57,594 nucleotides of DNA from contig CAYHCQ010000004.1 in assembly GCA_964355115.1 (NCBI GenBank), forward strand, positions 1 through 57,594, written 5' to 3'. The position numbers and the translations under genes are program-made. Of this stretch, positions 9,261 through 18,981 are shown piece by piece; positions within the stretch are counted from its first letter, which is position 1; each line of letters starts with the position of its first letter. This DNA is from an uncultured Prolixibacteraceae bacterium (lineage in GTDB: Bacteria > Bacteroidota > Bacteroidia > Bacteroidales > FEN-979). The notes beneath the pieces are model-generated. The model was given only the letters and a program-made list of their open reading frames with translations. It was not told where the DNA came from and ran no database searches.

Positions 9261-9659
9261 CTAGTTTCCTCTGCGTATTGAATAAAGTTCTTTCGATTCC
9301 ATACGTCTCTTGATGCGTACAATAAGTTCCTTGGGATTGAATGGCTTCAAAACGTAATCATCTGCCCCCATTTCAAAACACTTGATTTTATCGGCACTCT
9401 CTTCTTTTCCGGAAAGCATGATCAAAGGAATGTCCTCAAAAAAGCCGCTTTCACGTATTCTCCTGATAAATTCGAATCCGTTTAAAACAGGCATTTCAAC
9501 ATCGCATATAATCACGTCGGGAAGATTACCTGACTGAAGATAGAAAAGCGCGTCCATGCCGTTACTCATCGTAGTAACTTCAAAGTCTTTATTGAAGGTG
9601 TTTTCGATGATAAACCGGATACTCTTTTCATCGTCAATTGCGAGTATCTTTTTCTTCAT
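9261..9659 (-). CDS. Single-domain response regulator (CheY-like receiver)
   Basis: 132 aa. Motifs: ILAIDDEKS, DVIICDVEMPVLNG (phospho-Asp), IMLSGK, DDYVLKPF. Confidence 0.9.
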   Translation of the reverse strand: MKKKILAIDDEKSIRFIIENTFNKDFEVTTMSNGMDALFYLQSGNLPDVIICDVEMPVLNGFEFIRRIRESGFFEDIPLIMLSGKEESADKIKCFEMGADDYVLKPFNPKELIVRIKRRMESKELYSIRRGN

Positions 9660-9679
9660 GAAATCCTTATTTTGGTAAG

Positions 9680-9687
9680 CAAATATA
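9680..9687 (-). promoter_or_regulatory. Candidate Bacteroidota -7 promoter box (TATATTTG)
   Basis: The minus strand reads TATATTTG (TAnnTTTG consensus) about 20 nt upstream of the regulator ATG at 9659. No clear -33 TTTG was seen. Confidence 0.3.
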
Positions 9688-9772
9688 TTCTATTTTGCAG
9701 CTATTGCTAAAAATAGATATTAACAAAAAACGAAAGTTATTGACCAAAAACCTTTGTCTGTAGCCGGTTTCC

Positions 9773-11794
9773 TTATTTGGTATCAAACAAGTTCTTCAGT
9801 GAGGCGAGTTCATCACGCAGGCGCGCGGCTTCAAGAAAATCAAGGGTTTTCACTGCATCCTCCATGGATTTCCTTGTTTTAGTGATGAGTTTCTGAAGGT
9901 TCTCTTTGGAAAGGTATTGAACCACGGGGTCGGCAGCCACATCGATTGAATCTTTCTCAACATAGGCGGCAGAAACCTTTCGGTTACCATCTGCAGCAGC
10001 CGTCTGGCCCATTATATCGCGTGTTGTCTTTACAATCTGTGTTGGGATAATGTTATTGGTGATGTTATAGGTCATCTGCTTCTCCCGTCTCCTGTTGGTT
10101 TCGTCCATCATCCGCCGCATCGATTCGGTGATTTTATCAGCATACATAATAACACGGCTGTTGATATTCCGGGCAGCACGTCCTGCCGTTTGGGTAAGTG
10201 ACCTTTCCGACCGGAGAAATCCCTCCTTATCGGCATCAAGAATGGCGACCAGCGAGACTTCGGGGAGGTCGAGGCCTTCACGCAGAAGGTTAACCCCGAC
10301 GAGTACATCAAAGGTTCCCAGGCGCAGTTCACGCAGGATCTCCACGCGCTCCAGAGTCTCCACGTCAGAATGAATATAACGACAACGAATCTCCATCCTG
10401 GTAAAATACTTTGAAAGCTCTTCAGCCATGCGCTTTGTGAGGGTAGTTACAAGCACCCTTTCGTTTTTGTTGATCCTCATGTTAATTTCATCCAGAAGGT
10501 CATCGATCTGGTTAAGACTGGGCCGTACCTCCACCTGCGGATCGAGCAACCCTGTCGGACGGATCACCTGCTCAACAACCACACCCTGGCACTCCTGCAG
10601 TTCAAAATCGGCAGGCGTTGCACTGACATAGATTACCTGGGAAACTTTCGCTGCAAATTCGTCAAATTTCAGCGGACGGTTATCCATGGCTGAAGGGAGC
10701 CGGAAACCATACTCAACAAGCGTCTGTTTGCGTGATCTGTCGCCTCCGAACATAGCCCTGATCTGGGGAATTGATACATGACTTTCATCGATTACCATCA
10801 GAAAGTCATCCGGGAAATAGTCCATAAGGCAGAAAGGGCGGGAGCCGGGAGCCCTTCCGTCAAAATAGCGGGAGTAGTTTTCTATGCCTGAGCAATAGCC
10901 CAGTTCACGCATCATTTCGATATCGTAACTTACCCGGTCTTCGAGGCGTTTTGCCTCCATATCCTTGCCGTTTTCCCTGAAGTAGGCACCCTGCCTGATC
11001 ATATCATCCTGTATTTCCACAAGCGCCTCACGCATCTTATCCTGTGAAGTAACAAAGATGTTGGCAGGATACAGAGTCATCTGGTCCATAATGAGAATCT
11101 TACGTCCTGTTAGCGGATCGAAGGATTCGATACTTTCGACCTCATCACCAAAAAAAATAACGCGGACGGCCGTATCAAGATAGGCAGGAAATATATCCAC
11201 AGAATCGCCCCTGACCCGGAACTTACCCCGGTTAAAATCTCCCTCAGTCCTGGAATAGAGGCTATTGACAAGCGAATAGAGGAATTTCTTACGGTTCACC
11301 TTCTCATTTTGGCTGATACGGATAACATTTTCGCTGAAATCGTCGGGATTGCCTATGCCATATATGCATGAAACGGAGGCTACGACAATAATATCGCGCC
11401 GGCCGGAAAGAAGGGATGAGGAAGCACTCAGCCTGAGTTTCTCAATCTCTTCGTTGATTGACAGATCCTTTTCGATGTAGGTATTTGTTACCGGGATGTA
11501 GGCTTCGGGCTGGTAGTAGTCGTAATAGGAGACAAAGAACTCAACGGCATTATCAGGAAAAAACTGCTTGAACTCACCGTAAAGCTGCGCTGCAAGCGTT
11601 TTATTGTGGCTCAGCACAAGGGTTGGGCGCTGGAGCTCCTGCACCACATTGGCGATGGTGAAGGTTTTTCCGGATCCTGTAACGCCAAGCAAGACCTGCC
11701 CCGGATCGCCGCGGTTTATTCCCTCAACGAGCTGGAGGATGGCTTCCGGTTGATCGCCTGTAGGCACGAAATCTGATGTAATCCGGAAATCCAT
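9773..11794 (-). CDS. uvrB: Excinuclease ABC subunit B
   Basis: 673 aa. Contains GVTGSGKTFT Walker A, helicase motifs (VIDESH, VSATP, ...TAGRAARN) and a C-terminal UVR motif (LEAARLRDEL). Confidence 0.97.
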   Translation of the reverse strand: MDFRITSDFVPTGDQPEAILQLVEGINRGDPGQVLLGVTGSGKTFTIANVVQELQRPTLVLSHNKTLAAQLYGEFKQFFPDNAVEFFVSYYDYYQPEAYIPVTNTYIEKDLSINEEIEKLRLSASSSLLSGRRDIIVVASVSCIYGIGNPDDFSENVIRISQNEKVNRKKFLYSLVNSLYSRTEGDFNRGKFRVRGDSVDIFPAYLDTAVRVIFFGDEVESIESFDPLTGRKILIMDQMTLYPANIFVTSQDKMREALVEIQDDMIRQGAYFRENGKDMEAKRLEDRVSYDIEMMRELGYCSGIENYSRYFDGRAPGSRPFCLMDYFPDDFLMVIDESHVSIPQIRAMFGGDRSRKQTLVEYGFRLPSAMDNRPLKFDEFAAKVSQVIYVSATPADFELQECQGVVVEQVIRPTGLLDPQVEVRPSLNQIDDLLDEINMRINKNERVLVTTLTKRMAEELSKYFTRMEIRCRYIHSDVETLERVEILRELRLGTFDVLVGVNLLREGLDLPEVSLVAILDADKEGFLRSERSLTQTAGRAARNINSRVIMYADKITESMRRMMDETNRRREKQMTYNITNNIIPTQIVKTTRDIMGQTAAADGNRKVSAAYVEKDSIDVAADPVVQYLSKENLQKLITKTRKSMEDAVKTLDFLEAARLRDELASLKNLFDTK

Positions 11795-11799
11795 GGGCG

Positions 11800-12915
11800 C
11801 TATTTTGTATATACCAGAGTGGAAGAGATCGGATAGTGGTCAGAGAGCTCAACCTCTGTCTTTTTATATTCAATGGCCCTGAATGCTTCAGAATAAAGAA
11901 TATAGTCTATTCTGAATGACGGGTATTTTCCCGCATAGGTACTTCCGAAGAAGCCTGTTCCTGCAGCTACAAATGAGTCGGAAAGCAATGATGAAAACTG
12001 CCGGTATGTATAAGAGGAGGGAGAGTCGTTAAAATCTCCGGCAAGGATCACCGGAAATGGAGATTCCCGGATATCCCTTAACAGGCTTTCAACCTGTGTT
12101 GCCCTGAAAATAAAGGCCTTCCTGAGTTTCCACATCATTTTCTTCGAACCCACTTCGAGCGGTGTTTTTTCCAGTCCCGGCTCGGTGAGATGGGAATAGA
12201 AGGAGTAATCGTCGTCTCCGAATCGTATGGATTCAAGGTGGACATTATATATTCTTACCGTTGATCCGTTAATAATAACGTCGGTAAATATTGCATAGAG
12301 ACTTTTATCGGGCAGTTTATAGGTTCCTGTACGAACGATCGGGTATCTTGAAAAGGTAGCGATTGCATTAATTTTCTGCTTGTTCCAGAAATCCTGGTAA
12401 TTTTTATAGAAATAGTGCTCAATCCGGAGCGTTTTAGAAAACCGGTCAAGAGTTTTGCTGAAATCCTCGCCAATGGCGAAAAATTCCTGGATGCAGATAA
12501 TATCAGCATTGTCGGCAGAAAGAAATTCTGTAACCTTACTCCGTGTTTCACTTATTTTAGTTCCACGCTCCACTCCGTAAAGAGAGTGCACATTGAAACT
12601 GATCAGTTTAATTTTTTCACGGTTGCTTTCAGCGGGTTCTGAGAATCTGAACGGATAGACAGTTTGCAGTGATTTCCATCCGATCAGGATGACTGCGAGG
12701 GAGATTAAGACATACCTTTTCCAGATAACCAGCCAAAACAGAGTAAAAAACAGATTAAGCAGAAGAAAAACAGGGTATGCAAGGCCGAAGAAGGCCAGTA
12801 TCCATATCTTTCCGGGACTCACAAAACCGGCAGCATAGGAGAGGAGCAGGCAAACTGCAATAAGGAGGTTTGCAATAACCATCAGTATGACAAATAGTGA
12901 CCTGGACTTTTTCAT
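11800..12915 (-). CDS. Endonuclease/exonuclease/phosphatase (EEP) family membrane protein
   Basis: 371 aa with four N-terminal TM helices. The EEP domain shows LISFNVHS..., ICIQEF, GDFND and a C-terminal SDHYP motif. Confidence 0.8.
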   Translation of the reverse strand: MKKSRSLFVILMVIANLLIAVCLLLSYAAGFVSPGKIWILAFFGLAYPVFLLLNLFFTLFWLVIWKRYVLISLAVILIGWKSLQTVYPFRFSEPAESNREKIKLISFNVHSLYGVERGTKISETRSKVTEFLSADNADIICIQEFFAIGEDFSKTLDRFSKTLRIEHYFYKNYQDFWNKQKINAIATFSRYPIVRTGTYKLPDKSLYAIFTDVIINGSTVRIYNVHLESIRFGDDDYSFYSHLTEPGLEKTPLEVGSKKMMWKLRKAFIFRATQVESLLRDIRESPFPVILAGDFNDSPSSYTYRQFSSLLSDSFVAAGTGFFGSTYAGKYPSFRIDYILYSEAFRAIEYKKTEVELSDHYPISSTLVYTK

Positions 12916-12933
12916 CTGATACCTCTATGGGAA

Positions 12934-13881
12934 TTAACGTTTTCCGGAAGTCCGGAATAAAAATTCCTTTTCATCCTTTGTCAGACTGTCGTAACCCCCC
13001 TTGGAAATTTTTTCAAGGATTTCGTCAATCTTTTTTTGCTTCTCATTTTTCTGAAAATTATACTCATCGTCAGAAACCGGTCGCTTATAAGTATTGTAAT
13101 CTGCCTTCATCCGGGATTTTTTATTCCTGTTACCGAAAAAATCTTTAAACCCCTGAAAAGCGGTCCCGGTTTTTTGATACGATCCCGATACTAATTTACC
13201 GTTTTTCAAAATCATTGCATAAACAAAGCCAAACAGCGCACCCCCGATATGAGCGAGATGTCCGCCGGCATTTCCGGAAGGGATCATGAAAAAATCAAAG
13301 ATAAAGAGGAAAATGGCCAGGTATACAATCCTAACATTACCAAAAAACAGCAGGCGCATCGAATAACCGGGAACATAAAATGAGATGGCTGTAACAATGG
13401 CCATAACGGAAGCTGAGGCCCCCAGGGCAAATGAGACGGGGAGCATGGGAATAAAGACCGGAAAGAGGTTGAAGGCTGCAACATAGGCTAAACCCCCTGC
13501 AATCCCGCCAAGGAGGTAAACCGTGAGCAATTTTCCTTCGCTGATATATTCAAGGAATATTTTCCCGAACCAATAGAGCCAGAGCATGTTGAACATGATA
13601 TGCCAGACATCGGTATGGAGGAACATGTATGAAAGGATCGTCCATGGCCTTTCTGCAAGTGCAGGGATGTAGGCAGGAACTGCAAACATCTGGGTAATCC
13701 AGGCAATCGCTAATACTGATTCCGGGTTTCCTGAGAGAAAGACAAACACTTTTATTACCTGGATCAGCAGCCATACGGCCGCGTTGACAATAATGAGCAG
13801 GGAGAGGACTGAACCGCTCCGGAAGAACCGTTTTAACTCATCCATTGGATTTGGCGGCGGGTTGTAGCTGTAATTTGCCAT
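12934..13881 (-). CDS. Rhomboid family intramembrane serine protease
   Basis: 315 aa. Motifs: FLHTDVWHIMFNM, catalytic GASASVMA, HIGGALFG. Has a basic C-terminal tail. Confidence 0.85.
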   Translation of the reverse strand: MANYSYNPPPNPMDELKRFFRSGSVLSLLIIVNAAVWLLIQVIKVFVFLSGNPESVLAIAWITQMFAVPAYIPALAERPWTILSYMFLHTDVWHIMFNMLWLYWFGKIFLEYISEGKLLTVYLLGGIAGGLAYVAAFNLFPVFIPMLPVSFALGASASVMAIVTAISFYVPGYSMRLLFFGNVRIVYLAIFLFIFDFFMIPSGNAGGHLAHIGGALFGFVYAMILKNGKLVSGSYQKTGTAFQGFKDFFGNRNKKSRMKADYNTYKRPVSDDEYNFQKNEKQKKIDEILEKISKGGYDSLTKDEKEFLFRTSGKR

Positions 13882-13884
13882 AAG

Positions 13885-14715
13885 TTAAAGGACAGATTTC
13901 TTTCTCCAGTACAAGATAAGGAAGAAGCCAAATATCATACCTCCGAGATGGGCAAAATGAGCAACATTATCGGCAGGGTTATTTGATATGCCCGAAAAAA
14001 TCGCAACGGCTCCGTAACCGATAACAAGCCATTTGGCTTTGAGCGGAAACAGAAAATAGATATATACAAGCATATTGGGGAACATCATGCCGAATGCCAG
14101 AAGGATTCCATAAACTGCCCCTGAGGCTCCGATCGTTGGCGTACCTATCTGATCCTGATATAACTGAAGAATATTCTCTTTCGACAGAAGGATGTTGTGA
14201 TCGTTCAGCGGATTTGCATTCCAGTCGCTGAGGAAAGATTTCAGCTGTTCAAAGAGATCTCTGCTGTGGGGTGGATACTGGTTTACAAAAGAGACGAAGG
14301 AATCAATGCCGGGGCTGAGATTATAGGCTGCAACGGCCGTTTCAAGGGAGGAAAAGCTCCACCACTGAACAGCGGTCTGAACGATTGCGGCTCCAATCCC
14401 TGTTGCCATATAATAGGTAAGGAATCGTTTCGGGCCCCATACGTTTTCGAGCAGGTAGCCGAACATCCAGAGGGCAACCATATTCCAGAGCACATGAGGA
14501 AAATCGGCATGCAGGAACATATAAGTAACCAACTGGTATGGCTGGAAAAGGTCTGATTTGAAATAATGCAGGCCCATGAGTCTTACCAGATCGATTCCAA
14601 AGGCACTGTCGAGCGAAATGGTGGCGAGGTAGAACAACCCGTTTATTATCAGCAAGTTTTTTACTACCGGGGGAATGAGCTTAAGTCCGCCCGGGCTATA
14701 TTGTTGGTCTGTCAT
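13885..14715 (-). CDS. Rhomboid family intramembrane serine protease
   Basis: 276 aa. Motifs: FLHADFPHVLWNM, GASGAVYGIL, AHLGGMIFG. A roughly 90-aa insert lies between the core helices. Confidence 0.85.
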   Translation of the reverse strand: MTDQQYSPGGLKLIPPVVKNLLIINGLFYLATISLDSAFGIDLVRLMGLHYFKSDLFQPYQLVTYMFLHADFPHVLWNMVALWMFGYLLENVWGPKRFLTYYMATGIGAAIVQTAVQWWSFSSLETAVAAYNLSPGIDSFVSFVNQYPPHSRDLFEQLKSFLSDWNANPLNDHNILLSKENILQLYQDQIGTPTIGASGAVYGILLAFGMMFPNMLVYIYFLFPLKAKWLVIGYGAVAIFSGISNNPADNVAHFAHLGGMIFGFFLILYWRKKSVL

Positions 14716-14725
14716 GGGAAAAAGA

Positions 14726-16534
14726 TCACAAGAGTTTAAATTTTCGGTTTAGCTCATCTAAGGAAATGACTGTCAGTGTAGGTTTACCATCCGGAGACAA
14801 TTCGGGAACTTTGCATGCAAAAAGGTTTTCCACAATGGATTCGATTTCAGCCTGTAATAATTTTTTTCCTCTTCTTACGGCAAGTTTTTTTGCAAGGCTT
14901 TTGGCCAGTACCAGGTTCGGGTTCGATCTGTTTTCGCGATCGGGAGTTTTCAGAGATTCCACAAGCGACTCAAAAAGTTCATCCAGATTCGAGGTTTTAA
15001 CGGAAGCAGGAAGAGCGTGTACCACAAAACAGTTGTTGCCGAATTCGGCGATATCGAAGCCGATGGCAGTAAGGTGCGTAATCCATTCTCTCAACAGCTG
15101 AGCATCGTCCGGCGTGAGCTGAATTGTATGCGGGATCAGTTGCTTCTGGGAGGCAGATTGCGTTCCGGAAGGCTGATCGAGCATGCGTTCGTAGATGATC
15201 CGTTCGTGTGCATGCTGCTGGTCAATGATGACAATACCGGTTTTGGTGTGTGTTACGATAAATGAATTGTGCAACTGAAACGATTTTTTTTGCTCTTCCC
15301 GGGCAATTTCCATCAGTTCCGGTTCAGGTGCCGGCAGGGGTATCGGTTCATAAAGCTTCTGCCAGCCTTCTATTGACCCCTTGCTTCTGTCTGACAGAGG
15401 TATCTGGGTTTGAGGGGCAATCTTTTTCTCGAATGGATTATAATCAGGATTGATGGTAATGGAGGGAGGTCTCACATTATAATCTCTGGGTAAAGGAGGC
15501 AGGTCAAGGCTCTGTTCAGGATTAAAATCCAGGGTGGGGGCGATGCTGAACCTCCCTATCGACTGTTTCACGGCTGCCCGGAGGATAGCATAGATGCTTT
15601 TACTGTCCTGAAAATTGATCTCTGTTTTTGTGGGATGTATATTTACATCGATGGTTTTGGGATCAACTTCAAGATACAGAAAGTAGCTGGGAAATGAATC
15701 ACTTGGAATCAGTTCCCTGAAGGCTGTCTCAACGGCATGATGCAGGTAGGGGCTTTTCATGTATCGTCCGTTGGTAAAGAAATACTGTTCACCCCTGCTT
15801 TTTTTTGCGAATTCCGGTTTGCCGATAAACCCGGCGATATTTACGAGATCGGTCTGCTGTTCCACGGGGATCAAACGCTGGCCGTAGGTATTGCCATAAA
15901 GATTGATGATCCTTTGCTTCAGGTTCCCAGCGGGAAGCTGGAACATTACTTTATCCTGGTTGTAAAAGCTGAATGAAATATCCGGATTTACAAGTGCCAC
16001 CCTGAAAAACTCCTCGATGATATATTTCAGTTCCAGCGTATTGGATTTCAAAAAATTCCGCCGGGCAGGGACATTAAAGAAGAGGTTCTTAACGCTGATG
16101 GATGTTCCGCTGGGGCAGCTAACAGCCGATTGTCCTTTGAATTCACTCCCTTCGACACCTATCAGTGTACCGATCTCATCACCTGTTCGTTTACTGCGAA
16201 GCTCCACCTGTGCTACTGAGGCGATCGATGCCAGGGCTTCTCCTCTGAAACCAAGTGTTCTGATGGCAAATAGGTCATCTGCTGTCCTGATTTTCGAGGT
16301 GGCATGTCTTTCGAAGCACATACGGGCGTCACGTTCCGACATACCGCAACCATTATCGACAACCTGGATAAGCATTTTGCCTGACTCCTTTATGATCAGC
16401 TTTATTTCAGTAGCACCGGCATCAATGGTATTCTCAAGCAGTTCTTTAACGGCGGACGCGGGTCTTTGCACCACTTCTCCGGCAGAGATCTGGTTTGCAA
16501 CGGAATCCGGTAACAGCTGAATAATGTCAGACAT
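14726..16534 (-). CDS. mutL: DNA mismatch repair protein MutL
   Basis: Motifs: IQLLPDSVANQISAGEVVQRPASAVKELLENTIDAG, DNGCGM, GFRGEAL. Start set at the internal ATG (MSDIIQLL...) because the longer track ORF would read through a terminator hairpin. Confidence 0.95.
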   Translation of the reverse strand: MSDIIQLLPDSVANQISAGEVVQRPASAVKELLENTIDAGATEIKLIIKESGKMLIQVVDNGCGMSERDARMCFERHATSKIRTADDLFAIRTLGFRGEALASIASVAQVELRSKRTGDEIGTLIGVEGSEFKGQSAVSCPSGTSISVKNLFFNVPARRNFLKSNTLELKYIIEEFFRVALVNPDISFSFYNQDKVMFQLPAGNLKQRIINLYGNTYGQRLIPVEQQTDLVNIAGFIGKPEFAKKSRGEQYFFTNGRYMKSPYLHHAVETAFRELIPSDSFPSYFLYLEVDPKTIDVNIHPTKTEINFQDSKSIYAILRAAVKQSIGRFSIAPTLDFNPEQSLDLPPLPRDYNVRPPSITINPDYNPFEKKIAPQTQIPLSDRSKGSIEGWQKLYEPIPLPAPEPELMEIAREEQKKSFQLHNSFIVTHTKTGIVIIDQQHAHERIIYERMLDQPSGTQSASQKQLIPHTIQLTPDDAQLLREWITHLTAIGFDIAEFGNNCFVVHALPASVKTSNLDELFESLVESLKTPDRENRSNPNLVLAKSLAKKLAVRRGKKLLQAEIESIVENLFACKVPELSPDGKPTLTVISLDELNRKFKLL

Positions 16535-16538
16535 AATG

Positions 16539-16565
16539 AAAAAAGGAAGATCGCAAGACCTTCCT
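16539..16565 (-). terminator. Rho-independent terminator for the upstream membrane-protein gene
   Basis: The minus strand reads AGGAAGgTC-TTGC-GAtCTTCCT followed by TTTTTT. The T-tract ends 4 nt before the mutL ATG. Confidence 0.55.
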
Positions 16566-16664
16566 GGCATAAGACGCCAAATAAATCAGCTTTAATGACG
16601 AAATGTACTTTATTGTTGCTCAGAATTCAATTCTACTTCCGTAAACGGATTAAGAACTGATTGA

Positions 16665-17225
16665 TTAAAACCTGGCCTTGTCCAGGACGGGAAACCTCAT
16701 CTGCACGAGGTAGAACGACCCATAAAACACCGCACTAAAGAACATGGTCCCCAGAACGTCATTCATAAAGAATGAAATTCCGTAGGTGGTGTCGCGGAAA
16801 AATGCGAGGCCTGCTACATAGCATTCAATGAGGCCTGCAAATGACTGAGGATAGAACGGACTGGCCAGCCAGGAGGCAAAGTTGGTTATCAGGAAAAAGA
16901 TAACCGCCGATGAAACTGAGGCAAGCATGACCGATCCCACATTCACTTTCTTCCGGATCGACAAACCAATGATCACCGTGATGGCAAAACCAAGATAGAC
17001 AGCGGGTATATTCGCGTGAAGACCAATAACGAGATCGCTGATAAACATCGCGGCGATCGGAAGAACGAAAGCATATTGCTTTCTGTCGAAATAGGTACCG
17101 GCAAACAAAGCCATGGCTGCAATCGGCGTAAAGTTTGGCCAATGCGGCAGCAACCTTACCAAGGCTGCCATAAGGATAACTGAGAGAACAACAATAAATC
17201 TAGGAGTAATAGATTTATATTTCAT
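16665..17225 (-). CDS. Small polytopic membrane protein (DUF6580-like putative transporter component)
   Basis: Start set at the internal ATG (MKYKSITPRFIVVLSVILMAALVRLLPHWPNFTPIAAMALFAG...), giving 186 aa with about 5 TM helices. The family assignment is from memory only. Confidence 0.55.
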   Translation of the reverse strand: MKYKSITPRFIVVLSVILMAALVRLLPHWPNFTPIAAMALFAGTYFDRKQYAFVLPIAAMFISDLVIGLHANIPAVYLGFAITVIIGLSIRKKVNVGSVMLASVSSAVIFFLITNFASWLASPFYPQSFAGLIECYVAGLAFFRDTTYGISFFMNDVLGTMFFSAVFYGSFYLVQMRFPVLDKARF

Positions 17226-17301
17226 TATATATTTAGTTATGAACAGACAAAAATAAGAAATCATTTTAATTAAAGTCAAGTAAAATGAAAAAATGTTTTT
17301 A

Positions 17302-17309
17302 TATTTTTG
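17302..17309 (+). promoter_or_regulatory. Candidate -7 promoter box (TATTTTTG)
   Basis: A TAnnTTTG match 29 nt upstream of the ATG at 17338, in an AT-rich divergent intergenic region. Confidence 0.3.
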
Positions 17310-17337
17310 AACATCCTCAAAACCAATAGAAAATATA

Positions 17338-18981
17338 ATGATGGCAGCAAAGAAATTATTTCTTTTTCCAGTATTACTGGTACTTTTCAACACCGGATGC
17401 AAAATGAAACAGCCGATTGACACCCTTGTAACCCATGCAAAGATCTACTCCGTCGACTCCCTGAACCAGGTTTTCGAGGCCATGGCGGTGAAGGACGGCA
17501 AGATTCTGGAACTCGGAACGGGTTCCTCTCTTGCTGAGAAGTATCGGGCAGATACGATAATTGATGCACAGGGCAGAGCAATTTTCCCTGGATTTATTGA
17601 TGCTCATTGCCATTTCTATGGCATGGCACAAGGGCTACAGTTTGCAGATCTTACCGGGTCCGACTCTTTCGACGGGGTGCTTGAGCGCATAGCCAGGGCC
17701 GATTCGCTGCACGGGGATGGCTGGGTTGTAGGCCGGGGCTGGGATCATAACCTGTGGCAGAGCAAAGAATTTCCCGATAATACCAAGCTCAACGCATTGT
17801 ATCCAAACCGGCCGGTAATGCTGATCCGGATCGATGGCCACGTTGTACTCGCCAACCAGGAGGCCTTAAAGAGGGCTGGAATAGGAGTGAAGAATATCTA
17901 TTCGGCTGGAGAGGTTGAGATGAAGATGGGTAAATTAACCGGGATTCTTGGTGAGAATGCAGCCGATAAAATGCGCAGCTCGGTTCCACCTCCCGATGTG
18001 TTATCTATGGTGGCGCTGCTCAGGCGTGCCGAAAACCTTTGTCTCAAAGCAGGACTTACCTGCGTTGGAGATGCAGGATTGAATAAGAGCGAGATCATGC
18101 TTATCGATACGCTGCAAAGAGCTGAAAAACTCAGTCTGAATGTGTATGCAATGCTGAGTCCGACCGCTGAAAACATCAGCTATTTTGTGAAACACGGACC
18201 CTATGAGACCGACAGGCTTGTGGTCCGATCTCTTAAACTTTACGCTGACGGAAGTCTTGGGAGCAGGTCGGCCTTGCTTAAACAGCCTTACAATGACGAT
18301 CGCCTGAAAACCGGCATCCTGACAACACCGGTCGACACAATGCAGAAAATTTGCCAGATTGCCATTGACCGAGGTTACCAGGTAAACACCCATTGTATTG
18401 GTGACTCGGCCTGCCGGCTGGTATTAGACATTTATTCAAGATTCCTGAAGGGTCCTAATGACCGGAGGTGGCGGATAGAGCATGCCCAGGTTGTTGATCC
18501 TGCAGATTTTCATTTGTTTAAAGATAATTCGGTAATTCCTTCTGTGCAGGCTACACACGCTACTTCCGATATGTACTGGGCAGAGAAAAGAATCGGTCCC
18601 GCGAGAATAAAAGGGGCTTATGCATATAAGGATTTGCTGAACCAAAATAGCTGGATTGCAAATGGTACGGACTTCCCGATTGAGCAGATATCTCCTCTTC
18701 TTACCTTTTATGCCGCAGTTTCAAGGAAAGATCTCAAGGGTTTTCCTGCAGACGGATTTCAAGTGGAAAATGCGCTCACACGAGAGGAGGCGTTACGTTC
18801 AATCACAATATGGGCTGCCAGGGCAAACTTCCAGGAGCAGAAACTGGGGAGTCTCGAACCCGGCAAGAGCGCCGATTTTATTATACTGGATCAGGATATC
18901 ATGCAGATACCCATTACAAACATACCAACGGTCAAAGTACTTCGGACCTTCATCGCAGGTGAAAGAGTTTTCTCCAACTAA
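17338..18981 (+). CDS. Amidohydrolase family (YtcJ-like metal-dependent hydrolase), probable lipoprotein
   Basis: 547 aa. Has a lipobox-like LVLFNTGC, the metal-binding motif GFIDAHCHF, and later NTHCIGD and ...HAQV. Confidence 0.85.
   Translation: MMAAKKLFLFPVLLVLFNTGCKMKQPIDTLVTHAKIYSVDSLNQVFEAMAVKDGKILELGTGSSLAEKYRADTIIDAQGRAIFPGFIDAHCHFYGMAQGLQFADLTGSDSFDGVLERIARADSLHGDGWVVGRGWDHNLWQSKEFPDNTKLNALYPNRPVMLIRIDGHVVLANQEALKRAGIGVKNIYSAGEVEMKMGKLTGILGENAADKMRSSVPPPDVLSMVALLRRAENLCLKAGLTCVGDAGLNKSEIMLIDTLQRAEKLSLNVYAMLSPTAENISYFVKHGPYETDRLVVRSLKLYADGSLGSRSALLKQPYNDDRLKTGILTTPVDTMQKICQIAIDRGYQVNTHCIGDSACRLVLDIYSRFLKGPNDRRWRIEHAQVVDPADFHLFKDNSVIPSVQATHATSDMYWAEKRIGPARIKGAYAYKDLLNQNSWIANGTDFPIEQISPLLTFYAAVSRKDLKGFPADGFQVENALTREEALRSITIWAARANFQEQKLGSLEPGKSADFIILDQDIMQIPITNIPTVKVLRTFIAGERVFSN

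Noticed and set aside
12934-14715. Tandem rhomboid proteases next to mutL and the EEP gene, considered as a possible unusual system.
   Set aside because: To my knowledge this arrangement is common conserved synteny in Bacteroidota. Both genes have intact GxSG and His motifs, so this is ordinary housekeeping context.
16535-16570. Longer N-terminal extensions offered by the ORF track. These are mutL to 16570, membrane protein to 17423, KS to 47138, thioesterase to 53181, dehydratase to 53585, secreted protein to 20029, haem protein to 47527, and O-MT to 27379.
   Set aside because: Internal ATGs give canonical N-termini or signal peptides and remove overlaps with upstream genes or hairpins. The extensions have non-protein-like sequence.
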